NCBI GenBank assembly: GCA_033764315.1 | Contig: JANRJA010000212.1 | Coordinates: 1 to 64,000 of the forward strand | Origin: Oculatellaceae cyanobacterium bins.114 | GTDB taxonomy: Bacteria > Cyanobacteriota > Cyanobacteriia > Elainellales > Elainellaceae | Direction: 5' to 3' | DNA: 64,000 bases | Shown: piece by piece, positions 42,226 to 52,481 of the stretch | How the letters are laid out: each line of letters opens with the position of its first letter | How positions within the stretch are numbered: position 1 is the first letter of the stretch | Program-made: the position numbers and the translations under genes | Notes under the pieces: model-generated | What the model saw: the letters and a program-made list of their open reading frames with translations, nothing else | The model's database searches: none | Told to the model about the DNA's origin: nothing

Positions 42226-42366
42226 AGTACTGAATGCAAGTATGATTTCCCTCATCCTCAGCCCTTCTCCTCAAGGAGAAGGGAGCTAAAATCTGGTTCC
42301 CTCGCTCTTTAGGAGAAGGTTAGGGTGAGGGCTGATTGGCAATTCATATCTCTGTTTAGCAACACC
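42226..42366. repeat. Cyanobacterial palindromic repeat / MITE-like element
   Basis: ccctcatcc..cccttctcc..ggagaaggg..tagggtgaggg core with imperfect terminal inverted repeats. Confidence 0.65.
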
Positions 42367-42376
42367 AATTTCTCCA

Positions 42377-42469
42377 TATAGCGATCCTAAATGAGTTATG
42401 AGATTGGCAGGTTGTGAGAGGCGCACTCCTCCAGAGTGCGCCTCTCACAACCCATTTGGGATTGCTATA
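42377..42469. mobile_element. MITE-like element with TATAGC.ATCC.AAAT termini
   Basis: Terminal inverted repeats tatagcgatcctaaatg / catttgggattgctata; internal ggttgtgagaggcgcactc..gagtgcgcctctcacaacc hairpin. Confidence 0.8.
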
Positions 42470-42478
42470 GCAATCTCT

Positions 42479-44272
42479 TTACTCTAACGGTTGCTTTACC
42501 CGAATCAACTCATAGGCACCGGATTGTTGAAGAGTGGTAAATTCGTCTGGTTGCAAGTTCAATTCCTTCAACTTGCGAGGCAACCCCACCACCAAAACTG
42601 AGGTTGGGACATTGCGGCGAAATCGGTAGGGACGACGCAACCAGGTCGCTAGATTTTCGGTGTGGATCACATAGGTGATGGGTAACTGGGTGTAAAACAC
42701 CAAGCTGGGTTTGGGAAAGCCAACCATAATCAGCTGCTCGGTTGGTTGCTTTTGCTGGATCGCGATCGCCGCTAGTTGTCGTAGGGGAAGTTGTCGTTGA
42801 GCATCAATCAAACTCATAAACGGCATCGCTGTGAACAACATGAACAGAGCGATCGCCGCAATGTTTACTAACCACAGCCACCGCCCCTGCTGCCGCAACA
42901 GGAGGATCAGTTGGACTAGTGCCGCGATCGCCAAAATCACAGCCCCCCCGATGAGGATGCCCGACTGCTGCGCGATCGCTGGAAAATTTGGCATTGCCGG
43001 ATCGCCCGACAACCATTGAGGACTAACGGCAATGCCAACTGCCAAAATTGCCAAAAACCCAATCGTGAACAGGCTGCTAATCCACACTCCCCGACTCAGG
43101 TGTAAACGTCCCATTGCTTCGCCCCACAGCATCGCCACCAACATCGCTGCCGCTGGAATGAGGGGAAGGACATAGCTAGGAAGCTTGGTTTCAGCAATCG
43201 TAAAGAAGCCAAACACAGCTATAAACCAACTCAGCGCAAACACACTTAAATGAGCCGTGCGAGGCTGTTGTCGCCAGTAAGATGATCGCCAAACCCGCAA
43301 CCGTGCGATCGCCGCTGGCAAATAAATCGACCAGGGGGCAAACCCCACTAACACCACACCGAAATAGAAGAACCAGGGTGCTTTGTGGTTATTGACTGCC
43401 CGGGTAAATCGCTGAAAGTTGTGATAGCCAAAAAAGGCATCGATAAAAGCATCGCCATTTGCTAACGTCACGAGGATATACCACGGCAGTGTCAACCCCA
43501 AGAAGATCAACGCTCCCTGCCACAGCCGCATCTCTCGCAACACAGCTCGAAATTGACCGACGTAGACCAAAAATAGGGCGATCGCCAACCCCGGCAATAC
43601 CACCCCAATGGGCCCTTTAGTCAACACCGCCAACGCCAGCAGCCCATAAAACGCCAAGTACCAACGAGGCTTTGCCTGAGAGTCAGATGGCTCTGTATAG
43701 CCCCAAAAAAACGCCATTAGTGCCATCCCGACACACCCACTCAAGAGCATGTCAGACACACCCGTCCTCGCCCAGAGAATCGTTTGCAGATTAAACGCCA
43801 TCAATGCAGCACCCATCCAAGCGACCAGCCATCGCTGTTGATGAGGTTGCAGTCGGGTTGATTCAACGGCATCAGCCGAAAACTGTGGCAAAACGGCAAA
43901 CCGCTGAAGCGTCAGGAACCCAAATACGGTGAGGGCGATCGCTGAGAGGGCTGAGGGCAAGCGTACTGCCCATTCATTCACACCTATCAGGTGATAGGCG
44001 ATCGCCATTAGCCAATAAATCAGCGGCGGTTTGTCAAAGCGGGTTGCCCCGTTGAAATAAGGTGTCACCCAATCTCCGGTGACAGTCATTTGTCGCGCCG
44101 CCTCAGCAAACAACGGCTCGGTTTCATCCACTAACCCAGTAGTGCCCAACTGCCACACAAAGGCAATGCCACATGCCAACCCCACCCAGACGATTGAAAA
44201 GAGCCACAACCGGATCGGTCGTTTTTCAAAAGATTGCAGGAGAGAGCGCAAGGAATACGTGGGAGAGTTCAT
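42479..44272 (-). CDS. ArnT/GT83-like (PMT_2) glycosyltransferase
   Basis: DETE..FAEAARQM, FDKPPL.YW, TKGP and KLPSY motifs; multiple TM helices. Confidence 0.9.
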   Translation of the reverse strand: MNSPTYSLRSLLQSFEKRPIRLWLFSIVWVGLACGIAFVWQLGTTGLVDETEPLFAEAARQMTVTGDWVTPYFNGATRFDKPPLIYWLMAIAYHLIGVNEWAVRLPSALSAIALTVFGFLTLQRFAVLPQFSADAVESTRLQPHQQRWLVAWMGAALMAFNLQTILWARTGVSDMLLSGCVGMALMAFFWGYTEPSDSQAKPRWYLAFYGLLALAVLTKGPIGVVLPGLAIALFLVYVGQFRAVLREMRLWQGALIFLGLTLPWYILVTLANGDAFIDAFFGYHNFQRFTRAVNNHKAPWFFYFGVVLVGFAPWSIYLPAAIARLRVWRSSYWRQQPRTAHLSVFALSWFIAVFGFFTIAETKLPSYVLPLIPAAAMLVAMLWGEAMGRLHLSRGVWISSLFTIGFLAILAVGIAVSPQWLSGDPAMPNFPAIAQQSGILIGGAVILAIAALVQLILLLRQQGRWLWLVNIAAIALFMLFTAMPFMSLIDAQRQLPLRQLAAIAIQQKQPTEQLIMVGFPKPSLVFYTQLPITYVIHTENLATWLRRPYRFRRNVPTSVLVVGLPRKLKELNLQPDEFTTLQQSGAYELIRVKQPLE

Positions 44273-44320
44273 CAAACCGTGGTGGCAGAAGCCGAGAGTC
44301 AAGATAATCCAGACCCTACT

Positions 44321-44806
44321 TTACTTCAAGACCGAAGACAGAGGGAAGTAGAAAAAGCCATCATCTTTCGCTCGCATCCCTTCTGCAAAAGCACCACTAA
44401 AGCAGCAATCTAAAATTACAACTTGCCGCTTTGAATGTGACCGATTCATGATTGTATGAATCGCACTAGCTGCGACCGCTGTTGTAATGATTAGCTTTCC
44501 AGAAGTATTTTTCTGTGTATTGGGCGTAGCTAGATAAAGATTGCCAGTATCATCTTTGATGCTGTGTCCAGAAAAATAAAGAAGCCCCAAATCATCCCGA
44601 TCTAACTCAGAAAATAATGCTTCAATAGCTTGTTCTATTGTTTGACGATCTGGGTTTTTTAAAGCCTTCGTTTGATCGAACGCACCCATCTCAGGATCAT
44701 CGAGAATCCGTTGGATTGCATCTACATCCCTAGAAGCTCCAGGCAGTGACGTTAGACCAGAAGCATATTCACTCACTCCAACTAGCAGGGCATTTTTTTT
44801 GCTCAT
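44321..44806 (-). pseudogene. C-terminally truncated caspase-family (peptidase C14) protein
   Basis: ALLVGVSEY, YFSGH and ILDCCFSG p20 motifs; homology ends at AKDDG and the p10 half is absent. Confidence 0.7.
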
Positions 44807-45074
44807 GGGGTGGTTCAGATAGATGCAATAGCAATTACGTTATCAACCAAACTTCAATCACTATCATCCAAAACCCAAATTGCTGCTAAGCAACTTAGTT
44901 AAAAAAGAGGCTCAAAATCCTATATTAAGAGACTAATACCGTGCCAATATGAGGGGTAACACCCCCCAATGTTGCCTACTTTTCACTTCTCTAAAAGAAA
45001 TCTATGGGATACCAGTTGAAAAGAATTTTGGGTTTATTATGGCGATCCTGAAGCTGTGTCAATGAAGTACGTGC

Positions 45075-48000
45075 ATGAGCAAACAAGCAGGTTACTATCG
45101 GTTTCCCACGATTTATGGCGATCGCATTGTTTTTGTTTGTGAAGATGATTTGTGGAGTGTGCCTGCTACGGGGGGTATGGCGATTCGATTGACGGCCAAT
45201 TTGGGTGAGGTCAGTCGTCCTTATTTGTCCCCAGATGGCACCCGACTGGCATTTATTGGGCGCGAGGAAGGACATGCCGAGGTGTACTGTCTGCCTGCCG
45301 AGGGGGGTGTCGCGCAACGGTTAACCTTTTTAGGAGCACAAACAGTCGTCGTCGGTTGGAGCCGAGATGGTCAATCCATTTTGTTTTCGAGTAATGCGGC
45401 ACAACCGTTTCGGCGCATTTTTAATCTCTACGCCATCAACCCAGAGGGGGGCTTACCAGAACGCTTGCCCTACGGATTAGCCCATCACATCGCGTTAGGG
45501 GCAAGTGGTGGGGTCGTACTGGGCAGAAACACGGGTGATCCGGCTCGTTGGAAACGCTATCGTGGCGGCACAGCAGGTGTTTTGTGGATTGACCCTGATG
45601 GCAGCGGCACCTTCCACCGACTGCTCAGTTTGAATGGCAACCTGACGACTCCTATGTGGGTGGGCGATCGCATCTATTTCATCTCTGACCATGAGGGAAT
45701 TGGCAACCTCTACTCCTGTACACCCCAGGGTAAAGATGTGCAGCGTCACACACACCATACAGAATATTACGTTCGCAATGCCTCAACTGACGGTACTCGA
45801 ATGGTCTATCATGCTGGGGGAGAGCTGTTTTGCTTTGACCCGACACTCACCTCTACTCAAAAAATTGAGGTCGAGTTCCATAGCCCTCAGGTGCAACGTC
45901 AACGCAAATTTGTTGATGCAGGTCGCTATCTAGAAGACTATAACTTGCATCCCGAAAGCCACTCGACCCTAATCACCACACGGGGCAAAAGTTTTTACTT
46001 TGGCAATTGGGAAGGAGCCGTGCTGCAACTGGGGCAACCTGACGAGGGACGCTATCGCCTCACCCGCTGGCTCAATGATCAGAAACGCTTTGTCACCATT
46101 ACCGATCGCGCGGGTGTCGAGGCATTGGAGATCTTTAACACTGACACAGACTTTCCATCTGAGCGACTGGATGGATTAGACCTGGGGCGATCGACTGATT
46201 TGGAAGTATCCCCTGTTGCCGATCAGGTAGTGCTCTCTAACCATCGCCATGAACTGCTTTGGGTTGATTTAGAAACACGTCAGAGCCGAGTCCTCGATCG
46301 CAGCCCCTATCAGCGTATTGCCGGATTTTGCTGGTCACCTGATGGTCAGTGGGTGGCCTATAGTTGCGCTGAAACGCCACAAACCTTCTCCATCAAATTG
46401 TGTCGAGTACAGGATGGTACGGTGCATCGTCTCACACCTCCTCGTTTTCGAGATGTAGAACCCAGCTTTGACCCAGAGGGCAAGTTTCTCTACTTTCTTT
46501 CAGTGCGAGAGTTTAATCCCGTCTATGACAGCATCTACTTTGATTTAGGCTTCCCAATGGGGATGCGTCCTTTTTTGATCACCCTACAAAAGGATACGCC
46601 CTCTCCGTTTATTCCCGTGCCTCAGTCGTTTAGTGCCAATGGCAAAAACGGATCCAACAGCAAATCTGAGACAGGTGCAGATTTTGCCGCTTCAGCCGCG
46701 CGTGGTGATACAAATCCTGAAGATATAAATTCTGAAACAGGCGAACCCAAAGAACCAGAAGCAGACAAACCTCAGCCCAAACCAATCGCCATTGATTTTG
46801 ACGGCATCGAGCATCGCATCGTCGGCTTTCCCGTAGCAGAGGGACGCTATCGCCAGATTATTGGAGTTAAAGGCAAGGTGTTATTTAGCTCCATTCCTAT
46901 TCAAGGAAGCCTCGGTCGCAGCGGATGGGGAGACTCTGACCCAGAAGCAAACGCTGTCATTGACATGTATGACTTTGCAGAACAAAAACAAGACCGGGTT
47001 GCAAATGAGGTTACTAGCTTTAAAGTCTCCAAAGATGGCACGCTGATTTATCGCTCTGGCAACCGTTTAAGAGTGTGTGCGATCGCCCCCCTCGATAACG
47101 GCAAAGGCAAAGGCGACCCAAAACCTTGTCGTAAAACAGGTTGGCTTGATCTCAAACGAGTTCGTCCTTCAGTGGTGCCGTTGCAAGAGTGGCAGCAGAT
47201 GTTTCGAGAAATTTGGCGACTGCAACACGAACAGTTTTGGACAGCAGATATGTCTGGCGTGGATTGGGATCACGTCTATGATCGCTACGCCCCATTGTTA
47301 GAAAAAGTGACAACCCGTTCTGAATTTTCTGACCTGATTTGGGAAATGCAAGGCGAATTGGGCACCTCTCACGCCTATGAAATGGGGGGTGACTATCGCA
47401 GAGAACCCGATTATCGATTGGGCTTTTTGGGAGCAGATTTTGTCTATGACGCTGAGCATGACGCTTACCAAGTTCAGCACATTGTTCGAGGTGATGGCTG
47501 GAGTGATGACTCTGACTCGCCACTTAATCAAGTTGGGCTAAACCTGCAAGTCGGGGATGTGTTGTTGGCTGTAGCTGGACGCCGCGTCAATCGCTACCGT
47601 TGCCCGCAAGCGTTACTCGTCCACCAGGCACATGCCGAGGTAAATTTGACCTTTCTCAAAGTTGGGTCAGAGACTCCCCACAGCGTTACTGTAGAAACGC
47701 TGGCAGACGAGACGCAAGCCCGCTATCGAGAATGGGTGGAACACAACCATCGACTCGTTAACGAAGCCACCAACGGCAGAATTGGCTATGTCCACATTCC
47801 TGATATGGGGCCCAAAGGCTACGCCGAATTTCACCGCTATTACCTAGCAGAAGTTCACAAACCAGGGTTAATTGTCGATGTGCGCTACAACGGTGGCGGA
47901 CACGTCTCACAGTTGATTTTAGAAAAGTTGGCACGACAGCGGATCGGCTATAACATCTCGCGGTGGGGGCAACCCGAACCCTATCCTGCTGATTCGGTGT

Positions 48001-48383
48001 TGGGGCCAATGGTGGCGATCGCCAACGAACACGCAGGCTCTGACGGAGACATCTTTAGTCACTGCTTTAAACTCATGGGCGTGGGCACCTTGATCGGCAA
48101 ACGCACTTGGGGGGGCGTGATTGGCATCTTTCCCCAACACACCCTGGTCGATCACAGCATTGTCACCCAACCTGAATATTCTTTCTGGTTTCAAGATGTC
48201 GGTTGGGGCGTTGAGAACTATGGCACCGACCCTGACATCGAAATCGACATCGCCCCTCAAGACTGGGCACAGGGCAAAGACCCCCAACTCGACACAGCGA
48301 TTCAACTTGTTTTGGAACAGTTGGAAAAGAACCCTGTAGCGTTGCCTGACTTCAGCGATCGCCCCCGGTTGCCATTACCGTAA
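45075..48383 (+). CDS. Tricorn protease (S41 family)
   Basis: GYYRFP..EDDLW, WKRYRGG, beta-propellers, PDZ, D.RYNGGG, GSDGD and RTWGG motifs. Confidence 0.93.
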   Translation: MSKQAGYYRFPTIYGDRIVFVCEDDLWSVPATGGMAIRLTANLGEVSRPYLSPDGTRLAFIGREEGHAEVYCLPAEGGVAQRLTFLGAQTVVVGWSRDGQSILFSSNAAQPFRRIFNLYAINPEGGLPERLPYGLAHHIALGASGGVVLGRNTGDPARWKRYRGGTAGVLWIDPDGSGTFHRLLSLNGNLTTPMWVGDRIYFISDHEGIGNLYSCTPQGKDVQRHTHHTEYYVRNASTDGTRMVYHAGGELFCFDPTLTSTQKIEVEFHSPQVQRQRKFVDAGRYLEDYNLHPESHSTLITTRGKSFYFGNWEGAVLQLGQPDEGRYRLTRWLNDQKRFVTITDRAGVEALEIFNTDTDFPSERLDGLDLGRSTDLEVSPVADQVVLSNHRHELLWVDLETRQSRVLDRSPYQRIAGFCWSPDGQWVAYSCAETPQTFSIKLCRVQDGTVHRLTPPRFRDVEPSFDPEGKFLYFLSVREFNPVYDSIYFDLGFPMGMRPFLITLQKDTPSPFIPVPQSFSANGKNGSNSKSETGADFAASAARGDTNPEDINSETGEPKEPEADKPQPKPIAIDFDGIEHRIVGFPVAEGRYRQIIGVKGKVLFSSIPIQGSLGRSGWGDSDPEANAVIDMYDFAEQKQDRVANEVTSFKVSKDGTLIYRSGNRLRVCAIAPLDNGKGKGDPKPCRKTGWLDLKRVRPSVVPLQEWQQMFREIWRLQHEQFWTADMSGVDWDHVYDRYAPLLEKVTTRSEFSDLIWEMQGELGTSHAYEMGGDYRREPDYRLGFLGADFVYDAEHDAYQVQHIVRGDGWSDDSDSPLNQVGLNLQVGDVLLAVAGRRVNRYRCPQALLVHQAHAEVNLTFLKVGSETPHSVTVETLADETQARYREWVEHNHRLVNEATNGRIGYVHIPDMGPKGYAEFHRYYLAEVHKPGLIVDVRYNGGGHVSQLILEKLARQRIGYNISRWGQPEPYPADSVLGPMVAIANEHAGSDGDIFSHCFKLMGVGTLIGKRTWGGVIGIFPQHTLVDHSIVTQPEYSFWFQDVGWGVENYGTDPDIEIDIAPQDWAQGKDPQLDTAIQLVLEQLEKNPVALPDFSDRPRLPLP

Positions 48384-48506
48384 ATAGGAAGGAGAAGCAG
48401 AGAAGCCAGAAAAGGGGCATATTGGGCGGAACCCTACGTAAGTTGGTTGAAAAATACTTCTGGGTACTCTGATTGGGCAACTAATCAGCAACCTGAGTAA
48501 GTCCTT

Positions 48507-49208
48507 ATGCCAAAAACCGTCCGAAAAGCGGGACAAAATATTCGTGAACTGGCACTCAAAAGACGAATAAAAGCGATCGCTTCCTTTGCCGCAGCAGGGT
48601 TAGCCCTCGTCTTTCCCTTCCTCATAGTTAAGACGTTTGAGAATTTTTTGAGCCAAGTTTCCTCCCTCAATGCTACTCAACCACAACCCTCCTTAAATTT
48701 GCCCCCGATCTTTTATGCCGTGTTCATCGTGGCTGCTTTAGGGTTGGTCGCCAATGGTGTTCTTTTGTGGAAACGGGCTAATCGTGCCACTCAAGGGGCA
48801 AAAGGAGAGGAAGCCACTGCTCAAGAAATGGTGCAGCTAGAACATCAAGGCTGGCGCATTGAATATGGAATGCATTTAGGCAGGGGATTGGGCGATGCTG
48901 ATATCGTTTGCATTTCTCCTCAAAACAAAGCCTATGTGATTGATGTCAAATCCCATAAGGGTGAAGTAACAACTGATGGAGAGCAGTTATATCGTCGAAT
49001 GGGAAACACAACTTATCCCTTTGAGAAGAACTTTTTAGCCCAAGCCATGAAACAAGCATTACAGGTCAGGACACAAAAGAACTTAAATTTTGTCACTCCA
49101 GTGGTAGCTTTTTCTAATGCTAAGGTTTCAGTTCCCATTGGCAAGTTACAAAAAGTATATGTCGTTGAAAAATCTAGATTAGTATCGCTGCTAAAATCTC
49201 TTGGTTAA
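48507..49208 (+). CDS. NERD nuclease-related domain protein with two TM helices
   Basis: GAKGEE, GDAD.V and IDVKS PD-(D/E)xK-like motifs, QA..QA. Confidence 0.8.
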   Translation: MPKTVRKAGQNIRELALKRRIKAIASFAAAGLALVFPFLIVKTFENFLSQVSSLNATQPQPSLNLPPIFYAVFIVAALGLVANGVLLWKRANRATQGAKGEEATAQEMVQLEHQGWRIEYGMHLGRGLGDADIVCISPQNKAYVIDVKSHKGEVTTDGEQLYRRMGNTTYPFEKNFLAQAMKQALQVRTQKNLNFVTPVVAFSNAKVSVPIGKLQKVYVVEKSRLVSLLKSLG

Positions 49209-49442
49209 GAGCCAAATATACTTACTTTTAAGGCTCAACCTGAAAAGACCACAGCCATTACTTCTAGTTCCCTTCATTTGTCAACGCATTAAAGGTGAGT
49301 GCCGAGTTAGTAGTTGATAGATTGTTAGAGTAGGGGCGATCGCCTAAGCTTATTTAGCACAGATTGAGAAGAATGTGCCGAGTAACCGTAATATCGCTTA
49401 TTGTTATACTACACACCCATAAAACCACACCTTTTATCAACT

Positions 49443-50510
49443 ATGCTGAGGTCACTCAGAATTGAAAACTTCCGGTGTTTCCAAGCATTTGAGCTTCAAC
49501 AGCTTGGTAGATTAAACCTGCTGGTTGGGACTAACAATAGTGGCAAAACGTCAATCCTAGAAGCCGTTCAATTGCTGACTTCTCACTCTAATCTCGAATC
49601 ATTACGGGAAGTAATGATTAGTCGAGGTGAATATATCTTTAATGATGAACGTAACGGTGGACGTGAGTTAGACATTCGTCATCTTTTTTATGGGCATTTA
49701 ATTGACGTAGATAGTAAGTTCTCAATTTTTAGTAGCAATCATGATAGTGGAGAAGGAATAACTGTATCTCTAGAACACACAGGGCAGCTTAGTTTGTTTG
49801 AGGATTTACAAGAGCTTGTGTTAGTCGTTAAATGGTTAGGGCAAGAGAGTGAAGATGTAAAGTTACCTTTGTCTTCAAAAGAAGGTTTACCGTTAGATTA
49901 TGTAAGACGGATTCGTAGAGATTTTAGAAGTGCAGGAACAAAGACACAATTTCTAACTACTTCCTCTTTGACTGCTGAGAAAATGATCGAGTTATTTGAC
50001 CAAGTTGTTTTAACTCCAGAGGAAGATTTAATTACAGAAGCACTTCAAACCATTGAGCCAAGTATTGATCGTATTGCATCAGTTAGTTCTGAAAGAAATA
50101 GATTCGGCTCACGTGGTGGCTTCGTAGTACGACTTACTAATGGAGATCAACGTATCCCTATCGGTAGTATGGGTGATGGGATATGGCGAATGCTAGGACT
50201 AACTTTAGCCATTGTAAATGCAAGAAATGGTGTTTTACTCGTTGATGAGATTGATACTGGGCTGCACTTTAGTGCAATGTCAGATATGTGGAAATTAGTT
50301 TGGGAGACAGCCAAACGACTCAACGTTCAAGTTTTTGCAACTACCCACAACAGTGATTGCTGGACAAGCCTAGCAGCGATCGCAAATACTAAAAGCCCAA
50401 GTGAGGAAGGCATTACAATTCAACGAATTGAGAAAGGTAAACCAAACAGTGTAGTCTTTACTGAACGTCAAGTAGTCATTGCCGCTGAACGAGGGATTGA
50501 GGTGCGGTAG
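49443..50510 (+). CDS. ABC-type AAA_15/AAA_21 ATPase
   Basis: IENFRCF, GTNNSGKT Walker A, MGDG signature, LVDEIDTGLH Walker B and TTHN. Confidence 0.9.
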   Translation: MLRSLRIENFRCFQAFELQQLGRLNLLVGTNNSGKTSILEAVQLLTSHSNLESLREVMISRGEYIFNDERNGGRELDIRHLFYGHLIDVDSKFSIFSSNHDSGEGITVSLEHTGQLSLFEDLQELVLVVKWLGQESEDVKLPLSSKEGLPLDYVRRIRRDFRSAGTKTQFLTTSSLTAEKMIELFDQVVLTPEEDLITEALQTIEPSIDRIASVSSERNRFGSRGGFVVRLTNGDQRIPIGSMGDGIWRMLGLTLAIVNARNGVLLVDEIDTGLHFSAMSDMWKLVWETAKRLNVQVFATTHNSDCWTSLAAIANTKSPSEEGITIQRIEKGKPNSVVFTERQVVIAAERGIEVR

Positions 50511-50513
50511 AGC

Positions 50514-51164
50514 ATGGCTGATACTCATCCAAGGATTCTTCTTGTCGAAGGCAAGCAGGATGTTCGTGTAATACCACAATTGATTGAGGCAAATGGTATT
50601 AATTGGGGCACACGAAAAAACCCAATTGTATTTATTCGTGATTATGATGGTTATCAAAGATTAGTAGATCCAGATGTAATTTCAACTGAACTACAAGCAT
50701 CTGGGCTTACTACGTTGGGTATTATGCTTGATGCAGACGAAAATCCTTTAGGACGGTGGCAAAGTATTAGAAATGCCAGCTTAAGAAGTATTCCTGATAT
50801 TCCAGAAGATTTACCTGAAGATGGGTTAATACATACCACGCCCAATGGCATCAAGTTTGGTGTTTGGATCATGCCTGATAACAAAATAAGTGGTATGTTG
50901 GAAACCTTTTTAACATGTATGATCCCAACCGAGAGCGAAGCACTTTGGCAGTTTGCTCAAGCAGTAGTGCAAGAGGCAAAAAACAAAGGTGCGCTATTGA
51001 CAGATTTTCAGCTAGACAAGGCTAATATTTACACTTGGTTGGCTTGGCAAAATCCTCCAGGACGACAACTTCATCAGGCGATTATGGAGCGTATCCTGAA
51101 TCCAAATCATCCTAATGCTCAACGATTCGTCACCTGGTTCATAACTTTGTATGGCTTAGCTTAA
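50514..51164 (+). CDS. DUF3226-like TOPRIM-fold protein
   Basis: LLVEGKQD, GIMLDAD, WIMPDN..GMLE.F and KA..Y.WLAWQ motifs; starts 3 nt after the ATPase stop. Confidence 0.8.
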   Translation: MADTHPRILLVEGKQDVRVIPQLIEANGINWGTRKNPIVFIRDYDGYQRLVDPDVISTELQASGLTTLGIMLDADENPLGRWQSIRNASLRSIPDIPEDLPEDGLIHTTPNGIKFGVWIMPDNKISGMLETFLTCMIPTESEALWQFAQAVVQEAKNKGALLTDFQLDKANIYTWLAWQNPPGRQLHQAIMERILNPNHPNAQRFVTWFITLYGLA

Positions 51165-51236
51165 CTGATGGTGAATGTTTTGGAATTAAGGCGATCGCCC
51201 AGTTCATGCCCCAATCGCGATGTTAAAAGTAGAAAT

Positions 51237-51626
51237 CTAAGGTTGCCGAACCTCACACTCAGTCAGTCCTTGAGATCGATTTACAAACTTAGTATCAAAA
51301 GTATACATTGCAGAGCAATTTTGGCTCTGTGCCAAATGAATCGCATCAGCAAAATCTAAACCGTTCTCATGCCATTGTAAAGTTTGTACTATCAAACTTC
51401 CATTTGAAACTTGAACATTAGGTAAACCTAAAAGATTTCTCAAGGCTGTACAAATTTCATCGGGTCTAAATTTGTAAGCAAACCGTAGAACCCATTCCGT
51501 TTCAAGAATGACTGTGTCGGGAATAAAGATATCGTGTTCTTGAAACAGTTTCAAACTTCTGTTATATTGCCGCTCGTCGTCTTGGGTTAGCAGACGTACA
51601 ACAATGTTTGTATCAACTGCGATCGC
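51237..51626 (-). CDS. vapC: VapC PIN-domain toxin lacking a canonical start codon
   Basis: Frame extends upstream of the TTG at 51554 to (A)IAVDTNIVVRLL..; also ETEWVL, DFADA.H and TFD motifs. Confidence 0.8.
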   Translation of the reverse strand, partial: AIAVDTNIVVRLLTQDDERQYNRSLKLFQEHDIFIPDTVILETEWVLRFAYKFRPDEICTALRNLLGLPNVQVSNGSLIVQTLQWHENGLDFADAIHLAQSQNCSAMYTFDTKFVNRSQGLTECEVRQP

Positions 51627-51876
51627 ACCACTGCTCCATTACTCCCTGGCGAATTGCATCATCTAGTTCATCTAAGCTCTTTGGTTTTCCTTGATATCTC
51701 AAGCATCCTGCAACTTGAGCTAAGGTCGTCTCTGCAAAAGGCTTTTTAGGCTTTAGCAGAATACCATCACCGACATTGATAGCAACCAGTTCTTGCCCTG
51801 CTTCCCAGTGATGAGCAGTTCGTAAGGCTTTTGGGATGGTTACTTGTCCCTCATTGGATAAACGGGTTATTTCCAT
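51613..51876 (-). CDS. AbrB/MazE/SpoVT-family antitoxin
   Basis: TRLSNEGQVTIPK.LR; overlaps the toxin 5' end. Confidence 0.88.
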   Translation of the reverse strand: MEITRLSNEGQVTIPKALRTAHHWEAGQELVAINVGDGILLKPKKPFAETTLAQVAGCLRYQGKPKSLDELDDAIRQGVMEQWCDRS

Positions 51877-52025
51877 TGAAGTTAGGGAAGCAACAGTAAG
51901 AAATCTACAAGAATTCTAGCATCAGCCTCTTGAATGCATCTGGCGATCGCCCTACTAGAGAATAGCCCCGCACTCTCCAAGGTTGAAATACAATAAAGCA
52001 ACCATGAAATGCAGGAGACAGAACC

Positions 52026-52481
52026 ATGTCAACGGAACTGCAAGCCAGCCAAAAGAGCCTGTATGAAGCCGACTTTATCCGTTGGGTTGAGGCTACTGCC
52101 GAGCAATTGCGGACAAAGGACTATGCTTCGGTTGATTGGGCAAATTTGATTGAAGAAGTTGAAGATATGTCTCGCCGTGAGCGGAAAAGCCTGAAGAGCA
52201 ACCTCGTAGTGATTCTGCTGCATTTACTAAAGTGGCAATATCAACTAGACGGTCGTGGAGGGAGTTGGCGAGGCAGCATTCGAGAACATCGCAGGCGTGT
52301 CAATGAGGACTTAAAAGACTCACCAAGCTTATTGCCCTATCTCCAAGAGATATTCACTGAATGTTATATCAATGCTCGTGAGCAGGCGGCAGATGAAACA
52401 GAGTTACCGTTAGAAACATTTTCCTTGGATTGCCCTTATACAGTTGAGCAAGCATTGAATTCTGAGTATTTACCCAATTAG
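52026..52481 (+). CDS. DUF29 domain protein
   Basis: LYEADF..W, DWANLIEE, HLLKWQYQ, SW..SIRE.R and CPY motifs. Confidence 0.92.
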   Translation: MSTELQASQKSLYEADFIRWVEATAEQLRTKDYASVDWANLIEEVEDMSRRERKSLKSNLVVILLHLLKWQYQLDGRGGSWRGSIREHRRRVNEDLKDSPSLLPYLQEIFTECYINAREQAADETELPLETFSLDCPYTVEQALNSEYLPN

